Positions 35,201-50,200 of a stretch of DNA of 64,000 nucleotides are shown in pieces (positions within the stretch are counted from its first letter, which is position 1; every line of letters begins with the position of its first letter). A program made the position numbers and the translations under genes. The DNA is taken from contig OZ024742.1 in the NCBI GenBank assembly GCA_964016885.1, forward strand, positions 32,054,001 to 32,118,000, in the 5' to 3' direction. This DNA comes from Eledone cirrhosa. Lineage: Eukaryota. Under the pieces are notes generated by a model. The model did not search any database, was not told the origin of the DNA, and saw nothing but the letters and a program-made list of their open reading frames with translations.

Positions 35201-38200
35201 AGCAAGACCACATTAGTAAGACCACATTAGCAAGAGCAAATTAGCAAGACCACAATAGCAAGACCACATTAGCAAGACCAATTTAGCAAGACCACTTTAG
35301 CAAGAGCACATAAGCTGGACCACATTAGCAAGACCACATTAGCAAGACAACATTAGCAAGACCACAATAGCAAGACCACATTAGCAAGACCACATTAGCA
35401 AGAACACAATAGCAAGACCACAATAGTAAGACCACATTACCAAGACCACAATAGCAAGACCACTTTAGCAAGAACACAATAGCAAGAACACAATAGCAAT
35501 ACCACAATAGCAAGACCACAATAGCAAGACCACAAGAGCAAGACCACATTAGCAAGACCACATTAGCAAGACCACATTAGCAAGACCACACTAGCAAGAC
35601 CACAATAGCAAGACCACTTTAGCAAGACCATATTAGCAAGACCTCAATAGCAAGACCACAATAGCAAGACCACATTAGCAAGACCATATTAGCAAGACCA
35701 CATTAACAAGACCAGTTTAGCAAGACCACAATAGCAAGACCACATTAGCAAGACCACATTAGCAAGACCACACTAGCAAGACCACAATAACAAGACCACT
35801 TGAGCAAGACCACATAAGCAAGACCACATTAGGAAGGCCACATTAGCAAGACCACATTAGCAAGACCACATTACCAAGACCACAATAGCAAGACCAATTT
35901 AGCAAGAACACAATAGTAAAAACACAATAGCAAGACCACAATAGCATTACCTCAATAGCAAGACCACAATAGCAAGACCACATTAGCAAGACCACATTAG
36001 CAAGACCACACTAGCAAGACCACAATAGCAAGACCACATTAGCAAGACCACATTAGGAAGGCCACATTAGCAGGACCACAATAGCAAGACCACACTAGCA
36101 AGACCACTTTAGCAAGACCACTTTAGCAAGACCACATTAGCAAGACCACAATAGCAAAACCACATTAGCAAGACCACATTAGCAAGACCACTTTAGCAAG
36201 ACCACATTAGCAAGACCACAAAAGCAAGACCACATTAACAAGACCACATTAGCAAGACCACATTACCAAGATCAATTTAGCAAGACCACATTAGCAAGAC
36301 CACATTAGCAAGACCACTTTAGCAAGAGCACATAAGCAAGACCACATTAGCAAGACCACTTTAGCAAGAGCACATTAGCAAGTCCACATTAGCAGGACAA
36401 CATTAGCAAGACCACAATAGCAAGACCACATTAGCAAGTCGACAATAGCAAGACCACATTAGCAAGACCACAATAGCAAGACCACATTAGCAAGACCACA
36501 TTAGCAAGAACACAATAGCAAGACCACAATAGCAAGACCACATTACCAAGACCACAATAGCAAGACCACTTTAGCAAGAACACAATAGCAAGAACACAAT
36601 AGCAATACCACAATAGCAAGACCACAATAGCAAGACCACAATAGCAAGACCACATTAGCAAGACCACATTAGCAAGACCACATTAGCAAGACCACACTAG
36701 CAAGACCACAATAGCAAGACCACTTTAGCAAGACCATATTAGCAAGACCTCAATAGCAAGACCACAATAGCAAGACCACATTAGCAAGACCATATTAGCA
36801 AGACCACATTACCAAGACCAATTTAGCAAGACCACAATAGCAAGACCACATTAGCAAGACCACATTAGCAAGACCACACTAGCAAGACCACAATAACAAG
36901 ACCACTTGAGCAAGACCACATAAGCAAGACCACATTAGGAAGGCCACATTAGCAAGACCACATTAGCTAGACCACATTACACAGACCACAATAGCAAGAC
37001 CAATTTAGCAAGAACACAATAGTAAAAACACAATAGCAAGACCACAATAGCATTACCTCAATAGCAAGACCACATTAGCAAGACCACATTAGCAAGACCA
37101 CACTAGCAAGACCACAATAGCAAGACCACATTAGCAAGACCACATTAGGAACGCCACATTAGCAGGACCACAATAGCAAGACCACAATAGCAAGATCACT
37201 TTAGCAAGACCACATTAGCAAGACCACAATAGCAAGAGCACATTAGCAAGACCACACTAGCAAGACCACATTAGCAAGACCACAATAGCAAAACCACATT
37301 AGCAAGACTACAGTAGCAAGACCACTTTAGCAAGACCACATTAGCAAGACCACAATAGCAAAACCACATTAGCAAGACCACATTAGCAAGACCTCTTTAG
37401 CAAGACCACAATAGCAAGACCACAATAGAAAGACCACATTAACAAGACCACATTAGCAAGACCACATTACCAAGATCACTTTAGCAAGACCACATTAGCA
37501 AGACCACATTAGCAAGACCACATTAGCAAGACCACTTTAGCAAGATAACATTAGCAAGACCACATTAGCAAGAGCAAATTAGCAAGACCACAATAGCAAG
37601 ACCACATTAGCAAGACCACACTAGCAAGACCACAATAGCAAGACCACTTTAGCAAGACCATATTAGCAAGACCTCAATAGCAAGACCACAATAGCAAGAC
37701 CACATTAGCAAGACCATATTAGCAAGACCACATTACCAAGACCAGTTTAGCAAGACCACAATAGCAAGACCACATTAGCAAGACCACATTAGCAAGACCA
37801 CACTAGCAAGACCACAATAACAAGACCACTTTAGCAAGAACACAAGAGCAAGTACACAATACCAAGACCACAATAGCATTACCTCAATAGCAAGACCACA
37901 ATAGCAAGACCACATTAGCAAGACCACATTAGGAAGGCCACATTAGCAAGACCACATTAGCAAGACCACAATAGCAAGACCACTTTAGCAAGAACACAAG
38001 AGCAAGTACACAATACCAAGACCACAATAGCATTACCTCAATAGCAAGACCACAATAGCAAGACCACATTAGCAAGACCACATTAGCAAGACCACATTAG
38101 CAAGACCACACTAGCAAGACCACTTTAGCAAGACCACATTAGCAAGACCACATTAGGAAGGCCACATTAGCAAGACCACAATAGCAACACCACACTAGCA

Positions 38201-41200
38201 AGACCACAATAGCAAGACCACTTTAGCAAGAGCACATTAGCAAGACCACAAGAGCAAGAGCACATTAGCAAGACCACACTAGCAAGACCACTTTAGCAAG
38301 ACCACTTTAGCAAGACCACATTAGCAAGACCACAATAGCAAAACCACATTAGCAAGACCACATTAGCAAGACCACTTTAGCAAGACCACATTAGCAAGAC
38401 CACAAAAGCAAGACCACATTAACAAGACCACATTAGCAAGACCACATTACCAAGATCAATTTAGCAAGACCACATTAGCAAGACCACATTAGCAAGACCA
38501 CTTTAGCAAGACCACATTAGTAAGACCACATTAGCAAGAGCAAATTAGCAAGACCACAATAGCAAGACCACATTAGCAAGACCAATTTAGCAAGACCACT
38601 TTAGCAAGAGCACATAAGCAAGACCACATTAGCAAGACCACTTTAGCAAGAGCACATTAGCAAGACCACATTAGCAAGACAACATTAGCAAGACCACAAT
38701 AGCAAGACCACATTAGCAAGACGACAATAGCAAGACCACATTAGCAAGACCACAATAGCAAGACCACATTAGCAAGACCACATTAGCAAGAACACAATAG
38801 CAAGACCACAATAGCAAGACCACATTACCAAGACCACAATAGCAAGACCACTTTAGCAAGAACACAATAGCAAGAACACAATAGCAATACCACAATAGCA
38901 AGACCACAATAGCAAGACCACAATAGCAAGACCACATTAGCAAGACCACATTAGCAAGACCACATTAGCAAGACCACACTAGCAAGACCACAATAGCAAG
39001 ACCACTTTAGCAAGACCATATTAGCAAGACCTCAATAGCAAGACCACAATAGCAAGACCACATTAGAAAGACCATATTAGCAAGACCACATTACCAAGAC
39101 CAGTTTAGCAAGACCACAATAGCAAGACCACATTAGCAAGACCACATTAGCAAGACCACACTAGCAAGACCACAATAACAAGACCACTTGAGCAAGACCA
39201 CATAAGCAAGACCACATTAGGAAGGCCACATTAGCAAGACCACATTAGCAAGACCACATTACCAAGACCACAATAGCAAGACCAATTTAGCAAGAACACA
39301 ATAGTAAAAACACAATAGCAAGACCACAATAGCATTACCTCAATAGCAAGACCACAATAGCAAGACCACATTAGCAAGACCACATTAGCAAGACCACACT
39401 AGCAAGACCACAATAGCAAGACCACATTAGCAAGACCACATTAGGAAGGCCACATTAGCAGGACCACAATAGCAAGACCACAATAGCAAGATCACTTTAG
39501 CAAGACCACATTAGCAAGACCACAATAGCAAGAGCACATTAGCAAGACCACACTAGCAAGACCACATTAGCAAGACCACAATAGCAAAACCACATTAGCA
39601 AGACTACAGTAGCAAGACCACTTTAGCAAGACCACATTAGCAAGACCACAATAGCAAAACCACATTAGCAAGACCACATTAGCAAGACCTCTTTAGCAAG
39701 ACCACAATAGCAAGACCACAATAGAAAGACCACATTAACAAGACCACATTAGCAAGACCGCATTACCAAGATCACTTTAGCAAGACCACATTGGCAAGAC
39801 CACATTAGCAAGACCACATTAGCAAGACCACTTTAGCAAGACCACATTAGCAAGACCACATTAGCAAGAGCAAATTAGCAAGACCACAATAGCAAGACCA
39901 CATTAGCAAGACCACATTAGCAAGATCACAATAGCAAGACCACAATAGCAAGACCACATTAGCAAGACCACATTAGCAATACCACAATAGCAAGACCACA
40001 TTAGCAAGACCACATTAGCAAGACCACAATAGCAAGACCACATTAGCAAGACCACTTTTGCAAGACCACATTAGCAAGACCACAATAGCAAGACCACTTT
40101 AGCAAGACCACATTAGCAAGACCACATTAGCAAGACCACTTTAGCAAGACCACAATAGCAAGACCACATTAGCAAGACCACTTTAGCAAGACCACATTAG
40201 TAAGACCACATTAGCAAGAGCAAATTAGCAAGACCACAATAGCAAGACCACATTAGCAAGACCAATTTAGCAAGACCACTTTAGCAAGAGCACATAAGCT
40301 GGACCACATTAGCAAGACCACATTAGCAAGACAACATTAGCAAGACCACAATAGCAAGACCACATTAGCAAGACCACATTAGCAAGAACACAATAGCAAG
40401 ACCACAATAGCAAGACCACATTACCAAGACCACAATAGCAAGACCACTTTAGCAAGAACACAATAGCAAGAACACAATAGCAATACCACAATAGCAAGAC
40501 CACAATAGCAAGACCACAATAGCAAGACCACATTAGCAAGACCACATTAGCAAGACCACATTAGCAAGACCACACTAGCAAGACCACAATAGCAAGACCA
40601 CTTTAGCAAGACCATATTAGCAAGACCTCAATAGCAAGACCACAATAGCAAGACCACATTAGCAAGACCATATTAGCAAGACCACATTAACAAGACCAGT
40701 TTAGCAAGACCACAATAGCAAGACCACATTAGCAAGACCACATTAGCAAGACCACACTAGCAAGACCACAATAACAAGACCACTTGAGCAAGACCACATA
40801 AGCAAGACCACATTAGGAAGGCCACATTAGCAAGACCACATTAGCAAGACCACATTACCAAGACCACAATAGCAAGACCAATTTAGCAAGAACACAATAG
40901 TAAAAACACAATAGCAAGACCACAATAGCATTACCTCAATAGCAAGACCACAATAGCAAGACCACATTAGCAAGACCACATTAGCAAGACCACACTAGCA
41001 AGACCACAATAGCAAGACCACATTAGCAAGACCACATTAGGAAGGCCACATTAGCAGGACCACAATAGCAAGACCACAATAGCAAGATCACTTTAGCAAG
41101 ACCACATTAGCAAGACCACAATAGCAAGAGCACATTAGCAAGACCACACTAGCAAGACCACATTAGCAAGACCACAATAGCAAAACCACATTAGCAAGAC

Positions 41201-44200
41201 TACAGTAGCAAGACCACTTTAGCAAGACCACATTAGCAAGACCACAATATCAAAACCACATTAGCAAGACCACATTAGCAAGACCTCTTTAGCAAGACCA
41301 CAATAGCAAGACCACAATAGAAAGACCACATTAACAAGACCACATTAGCAAGACCACATTAGCAAGACCACATTAGCAAGACCACATTAGCAAGACCACT
41401 TTAGCAAGACGACATTAGCAAGACCACATTAGCAAGAGCAAATTAGCAAGACCACAATAGCAAGACCACATTAGCAAGACCACATTAGCAAGATCACAAT
41501 AGCAAAACCACAATAGCAAGACCACATTAGCAAGACCACATTAGCAAGACCACAATAGAAAGACCACATTAGCAAGACCACATTAGCAAGACCACAATAG
41601 CAAGACCACATTAGCAAGACCACTTTTGCAAGACCACATTAGCAAGACCACAATAGCAAGACCACTTTAGCAAGACCACATTAGCAAGACCACTTTAGCA
41701 AGACCACAATAGCAAGACCACTTTAGCAAGACCACACTAGCAAGACCACATTAGCAAGACCACATTAGCAAGACCACAATAGCAAGACCACATTAGCAAG
41801 ACGACAATAGCAAGACCACATTAGCAAGACCACTTTAGCAAGAGCACATTAGCAAGACCACATTAGCAAGACCACATTAGCAAGACCACAATAGCAAGAC
41901 CACATTAGCAAGACGACAATAGCAAGACCACATTAGCAAGACCACAATAGCAAGACCACATTAGCAAGACCATATTAGCAAGACCACTTTAGCAACACCA
42001 GAATAGCAAGACCACTTTAGCAAGACCATACTAACAAGGCCACATTAGCAACACCACTTTAGCAAGACCACTTTAGCAAGAGCACATTAGTAAGACCACA
42101 TTAGGAAGGCCACATTAGCAAGGCCACAATAGCAAGACCACACTAGCAAGACCACAATAGCAAGACCACTTTAGTAGAACCACATTAGCAAGACCACAAT
42201 AGCAAGAGCACATTAGCAAGACCACACTACTAGCAAGACCACTTTAGCAAGACCACAATAGCAAGACCACTTTAGCAAGACCACATTAGCAAGACCACAA
42301 TAGCAAAACCACATTAGCAAGACCACATTAGCAAGACCACTTTAGCAAGACCACATTAGCAAGACCACAATAGCAAAACCACATTAGCAAGACCACATTA
42401 GCAAGACCACTTTAGCAAGACCACAATAGCAAGACCACAATAGCAAGACCACATTAACAAGACCACATTAGCAAGACCACATTACCAAGATCACTTTAGC
42501 AAGACCACATTAGCAAGACCACATTAGGAAGACCACATTAGCAAGACCACTTTAGCAAGACCATATTAGCAAGACCACATTAGCAAGAGCAAATTAGCAA
42601 GACCACAATAGCATAACCACATTAGCAAGACCACATTAGCAAGTCCACAATAGCAAGACCACACTAGCAAGACCACATTAGCAAGACCACATTAGCAAGA
42701 CCACAATAGCAAGACCACATTAGCAAGACCACATTAGCAAGACCACAATAGCAAGACCACTTTAGCAAGACCACATTAGCAATACCACTTTAGCAAGACC
42801 ACAATAGCAAGACCACTTTAGCAAGACCACACTAGCAAGACCACATTAGCAAGACCACTTTAGCAAGACCACTTTAGCAAGAGCACATTAGTAAGACCAC
42901 ATTAGCAAGACCACTTTAGCAAGAGCACATTAGCAAGGCCACATTAGCAAGACCACATTAGCAAGACCACGATAGCAAGACCACATTAGCAAGACGACAA
43001 TAGAAAGACCACATTAGCAAGACCACAATAGCAAGACCACATTAGCAAGACCACATTAGCAAGAACACAATAGCAAGGCCACAATAGCAAGACCACATTA
43101 CCAAGACCACAATAGCAAGACCACTTTAGCAAGAACACAATAGCAAGAACACAAGAGCAATACCACAATAGCAAGACCACAATAGCAAGACCACAATAGT
43201 AAGACCACATTAGCAAGACCAAATTAGCAAGACCACATTAGCAAGACCACACTAGCAAGACCACAATAGCAAGACCACTTTAGCAAGACCATATTAGCAA
43301 GACCTCAATAGCAAGACCACAATAGCAAGACCACATTAGCAAGACCATATTAGCAAGACCACATTACCAAGACCAGTTTAGCTAGACCACAATAGCAAGA
43401 CCACATTAGCAAGACCACATTAGCAAGACCACACTAGCAAGACCACAATAACAAGACCACTTGAGCAAGACCACATTAGCAAGACCACATTAGGAAGGCC
43501 ACATTAGCAAGACCACATTAGCAAGACCACATTACCAAGACCACAATAGCAAGACCACTTTAGCAAGAACACAATAGCAAGAACACAATAGCAAGACCAC
43601 AATAGCATTACCTCAATAGCAAGACCACAATAGCAAGACAACATTAGCAAGACCACATTAGCAAGACCACATTAGCAAGACCACAATAGCAAGACCACAT
43701 TAGCAAGACCACATTAGGAAGGCCACATTAGCAGGACCACAATAGCAAGACCACAATAGCAAGACCACTTTAGCAAGACCACATTAGCAAGACCACAATA
43801 GCAAGAGCACATTAGCAAGACCACACTAGCAAGACCACTTTAGCAAGACCATAATAGCACGACCACTTTAGCAAGACCACATTAGCAAGGCCACATTAGG
43901 AAGGCCACATTAGCAAGACCACAATAGCAAGACCACACTAGCAAGACCACATTAGCAAGACCACATTAGCAAGACCTCTTTAGCAAGACCACAATAGCAA
44001 GACCACAATAGCAAGACCACATTAACAAGATCACTTTAGCAAGACCACATTAGCAAGACCACATTACCAAGACCACATTACCAAGACCACTTTAGCAAGA
44101 CCACATTAGCAAGACCACATTAGCAAGAGCAAATTAGCAAGACCACAATAGCAAGACCACATTAGCAAGACCACATTAGCATGACCACAATAGCAAGAGC

Positions 44201-47200
44201 ACATTAGCAAGACCACACTAGCAAGACCACATCAGCAAGACCACAATAGCAAAACCACATTAGCAAGACCACATTAGCAAGACCACTTTAGCAAGACCGC
44301 ATTAGCAAGACCACAATAGCAGGACCTCATTAGCAAGACCACATTAACAAGACCACAATAGCAAGACCACATTAGCAAGACCACATTAGCAAGACCACAA
44401 TAGCAAGACCACATTAGCAAGACCACTTTAGCAAGACCACATTAGCAAGACCACAATAGCAAGACCACGTTAGCAAGACCACATTAGCAAGACCACTTTA
44501 GCAAGACCACAATAGCAAGACCACTTTAGCAAGACCACACTAGCAAGACCACATTAGCAAGACCACTTTAGCAAGACCACTTTAGCAAGAGCACATTAGC
44601 AAGAACACATTAGCAAGACCACTTTAGCAAGAGCACATTAGCAAGACCACATTAGCAAGACCACATTAGCAAGACCACAATAGCAAGACCACATTAGCAA
44701 GACGACAATAGCAAGACGACATTAGCAAGACCACAATAGCAAGACCACAATAGCAAGACCACATTAGCAAGACCACAATAGCAAAACCACAATAGCAAGA
44801 CCACATTAGCAAGACCACAATAGCAAGACCACATTAGCAAGAGCACTTTAGCAAGAACACAATATCGAGACCACAATAGCAAGACCACATTACCAAGACC
44901 ACAATAGCAAGACCACTTTAGCAAGAACACAATAGCAAGAACACAATAGCAAGACCACAATAGCAAGACCACATTAGCAATACCACAATAGCAAGACCAC
45001 AGTAGCAAGACCACATTAGCAAGACCACAATAGCAAGACCACGCTAGCAAGACCACATTAGCAAGACCACATTAGCAAGACCACAATAGCAAGACCACAT
45101 TAGCAAGACCACATTAGAAAGACCACAATAGCAAGACTACATTAGCAAGACCACTTTAGCAAGACCACATTAGCAAGACGACAATAGCAAGACCACATTA
45201 GCAAGACCACATTAGCAAGACCACTTTAGGAAGACCACACTAGCAAGAACACATAGGCAAGACCACTTTAGCAAGACCACTTTAGCAAGAGCACATTAGC
45301 AAGACCACATTAGCAAGACCACTTTAGCAAGAGCACATTAGCAAGACCGCATTAGCAAGACCACATTAGCAAGACCACAATAGCAAGACCACATAAGCAA
45401 GACCACAATAGCAAGACCACATTAGCAAGACCACAATAGCAAGAACACATTAGCAAGACCACATTAGCAAGACCACAATAGCAAGACCACATTAGCAAGA
45501 CCACACTAGCAAGACCACAATAGCAAAAGCACATTAGCAAGACCACTTTAGTAAGACCACATTAGCAAGACCACAATAGCAAGACCACAATAGCAAGACC
45601 ACATTAGCAAGACCACAATAGCAAGACCACATTAGCAAGAACACTTTAGCAAGAAAACAATAGCAAGACCACAATAGCAAGACCACATTACCAAGACCAC
45701 AATAGCAAGGCCACTTTAGCAAGAACACAATAGCAAGAACACAATAGCAAGACCACAATAGCAAGACCACATTAGCAAGACCACAATAGCAAGACCAAAT
45801 TAGCAAGTACACAATAGCAAGACCACTTTAGCAAGACCACAATAGCAAGACCACATTAGCAAGACCACAATAGCAAGACCACATTAGCAAGACCACACTA
45901 GCAAGACCACAATAGCAAGACCACATTAGCAAGACCACATTAGCAAGACCACATTAGCAAGACCACACTAGCAAGACCACAATAGAAAGACCACTTTAGC
46001 AAGATCATATTAGCAAGACCTCAATAGCAAGACAACAATGGCAAGACCACATTAGCAAGACCATATTAGCAAGACCACTTTAGCAAGACCACATTAGCCA
46101 AACCACACTAGCAAGACCACAATAACAAGACCACTTGAGCAAGACCATATTAGCAAGACCACATTAGGAAGACCACATTAGCAAGACCATATTAGCAAGA
46201 CCACATTACCAAGACCACTATAGCAAGACCACATTAGCAAGACCACATTAGCAAGACCACAATAGCAAGACCACATTAGCAAGACCACAATAGCAAGACC
46301 ACATTAGCAAGACCACATTAGCAAGACCACATTAGGAAGGCCACATTAGCAAGACCACATTAGCAAGACCACTTTAGCAAGAGCACATTCGCAAGACCAC
46401 ATTAGCAAGACCACATTAGCAAGACCACAATAGCAAGACCACATTAGCAAGACCACAATAGCAAGACCACATTAGCAAGTACACATTAGCAAGACCACAA
46501 TAGCAAGACCATATTAGCAAGACCACATTAGCAAGACCACAATAGCAAGACCACATTAGCAAGACCACAATAGCAAGACCACATTAGCAAGACCACAATA
46601 GCAAGACCACATTAGCAAGACCACAATAGCAAGACCACATTAGCAAGTACACATTAGCAAGACCACAATAGCAAGACCACATTAGCAAGACCACATTAGC
46701 AAGACCACAATAGCAAGACCACATTAGCAAGACCACTTTAGCAAGACCACATTAGCAAGACCACAATAGCAAGACCCCATTAGCAAGACCACAATAGCAA
46801 GACCACATTAGCAAGACCACAATAGCAAGACCACATTAGCAAGACCACAATAGCAAGACCACATTAGCAAGACCACACTAGCAAGACCACAATAGCAAGA
46901 CCACATTAGCAAGACCACATTAGCAAGACCACATTAGCAAGACCACACTAGCAAGACCACAATAGCAAGACCACTTTAGCAAGATCATATTACCATGACC
47001 TCAATAGCAAGACAACAATAGCAAGACCACATTAGCAAGACCATATTAGCAAGACCACTTTAGCAAGACCACATTAGCAAGACCACACTAGCAAGACCAC
47101 AATAACAAGACCACTTGAGCAAGACCATATTAGCAAGACCACATTAGGAAGACCACATTAGCAAGACCATATTAGCAAGACCACAATAGCAAGACCACAT

Positions 47201-50200
47201 TAGCAAGACCCCATTACCAAGACCACTTTAGCAAGACCACATTAGCAAGACCACATTAGCAAGACCACAATAGCAAGACCACATTAGCAAGACCACAATA
47301 GCAAGACCACATTAGCAAGACCACATTAGCAAGACCACATTAGGAAGGCCACATTAGCAAGACCACATTAGCAAGACCACTTTAGCAAGAGCACATTAGC
47401 AAGACCACATTAGCAAGACCACATTAGCAAGACCACAATAGCAAGACCACATTAGCAAGACCACAATAGCAAGACCACATTAGCAAGACCACAATAGCAA
47501 GACCACATTAGCAAGTACACATTAGCAAGACCACAATAGCAAGACCATATTAGCAAGACCACATTAGCAAGACCACAATAGCAAGACCACATTAGCAAGA
47601 CCACAATAGCAAGACCACATTAGCAAGACCACAATAGCAAGACCACATTAGCAAGAACACTTTAGCAAGAAAACAATAGCAAGACCACAATAGCAAGACC
47701 ACATTACCAAGACCACAATAGCAAGGCCACTTTAGCAAGAACACAATAGCAAGAACACAATAGCAAGACCACAATAGCAAGACCACATTAGCAAGACCAC
47801 AATAGCAAGACCAAATTAGCAAGTACACAATAGCAAGACCACTTTAGCAAGACCACAATAGCAAGACCACATTAGCAAGACCACAATAGCAAGACCACAT
47901 TAGCAAGACCACACTAGCAAGACCACAATAGCAAGACCACATTAGCAAGACCACATTAGCAAGACCACATTAGCAAGACCACACTAGCAAGACCACAATA
48001 GAAAGACCACTTTAGCAAGATCATATTAGCAAGACCTCAATAGCAAGACAACAATGGCAAGACCACATTAGCAAGACCATATTAGCAAGACCACTTTAGC
48101 AAGACCACATTAGCCAAACCACACTAGCAAGACCACAATAACAAGACCACTTGAGCAAGACCATATTAGCAAGACCACATTAGGAAGACCACATTAGCAA
48201 GACCATATTAGCAAGACCACATTACCAAGACCACTATAGCAAGACCACATTAGCAAGACCACATTAGCAAGACCACAATAGCAAGACCACATTAGCAAGA
48301 CCACAATAGCAAGACCACATTAGCAAGACCACATTAGCAAGACCACATTAGGAAGGCCACATTAGCAAGACCACATTAGCAAGACCACTTTAGCAAGAGC
48401 ACATTCGCAAGACCACATTAGCAAGACCACATTAGCAAGACCACAATAGCAAGACCACATTAGCAAGACCACAATAGCAAGACCACATTAGCAAGTACAC
48501 ATTAGCAAGACCACAATAGCAAGACCATATTAGCAAGACCACATTAGCAAGACCACAATAGCAAGACCACATTAGCAAGACCACAATAGCAAGACCACAT
48601 TAGCAAGACCACAATAGCAAGACCACATTAGCAAGACCACAATAGCAAGACCACATTAGCAAGTACACATTAGCAAGACCACAATAGCAAGACCACATTA
48701 GCAAGACCACATTAGCAAGACCACAATAGCAAGACCACATTAGCAAGACCACTTTAGCAAGACCACATTAGCAAGACCACAATAGCAAGACCCCATTAGC
48801 AAGACCACAATAGCAAGACCACATTAGCAAGACCACAATAGCAAGACCACATTAGCAAGACCACAATAGCAAGACCACATTAGCAAGACCACACTAGCAA
48901 GACCACAATAGCAAGACCACATTAGCAAGACCACATTAGCAAGACCACATTAGCAAGACCACACTAGCAAGACCACAATAGCAAGACCACTTTAGCAAGA
49001 TCATATTACCATGACCTCAATAGCAAGACAACAATAGCAAGACCACATTAGCAAGACCATATTAGCAAGACCACTTTAGCAAGACCACATTAGCAAGACC
49101 ACACTAGCAAGACCACAATAACAAGACCACTTGAGCAAGACCATATTAGCAAGACCACATTAGGAAGACCACATTAGCAAGACCATATTAGCAAGACCAC
49201 AATAGCAAGACCACATTAGCAAGACCCCATTACCAAGACCACTTTAGCAAGACCACATTAGCAAGACCACATTAGCAAGACCACAATAGCAAGACCACAT
49301 TAGCAAGACCACAATAGCAAGACCACATTAGCAAGACCACATTAGCAAGACCACATTAGGAAGGCCACATTAGCAAGACCACATTAGCAAGACCACTTTA
49401 GCAAGAGCACATTAGCAAGACCACATTAGCAAGACCACATTAGCAAGACCACAATAGCAAGACCACATTAGCAAGACCACAATAGCAAGACCACATTAGC
49501 AAGACCACAATAGCAAGACCACATTAGCAAGTACACATTAGCAAGACCACAATAGCAAGACCATATTAGCAAGACCACATTAGCAAGACCACAATAGCAA
49601 GACCACATTAGCAAGACCACAATAGCAAGACCACATTAGCAAGACCACAATAGCAAGACCACATTAGCAAGACCACAATAGCAAGACCACATTAGCAAGT
49701 ACACATTAGCAAGACCACAATAGCAAGACCACATTAGCAAGACCACATTAGCAAGACCACAATAGCAAGACCACATTAGCAAGACCACTTTAGCAAGACC
49801 ACATTAGCAAGACCACAATAGCAAGACCACAATAGCAAGACCACATTAGCAAGACCACATTAGCAAGACCACATTAGCAAGACCACACTAGCAAGACCAC
49901 AATAGCAAGACCACATTAGCAAGACCACATTAGCAAGACCACATTAGCAAGACCACACTAGCAAGACCACAATAGCAAGACCACTTTAGCAAGATCATAT
50001 TAGCATGACCTCAATAGCAAGACAACAATAGCAAGACCACATTAGCAAGACCATATTAGCAAGACCACTTTAGCAAGACCACATTAGCAAGACCACACTA
50101 GCAAGACCACAATAACAAGACCACTTGAGCAAGACCATATTAGCAAGACCACATTAGGAAGACCACATTAGCAAGACCATATTAGCAAGACCACATTACC

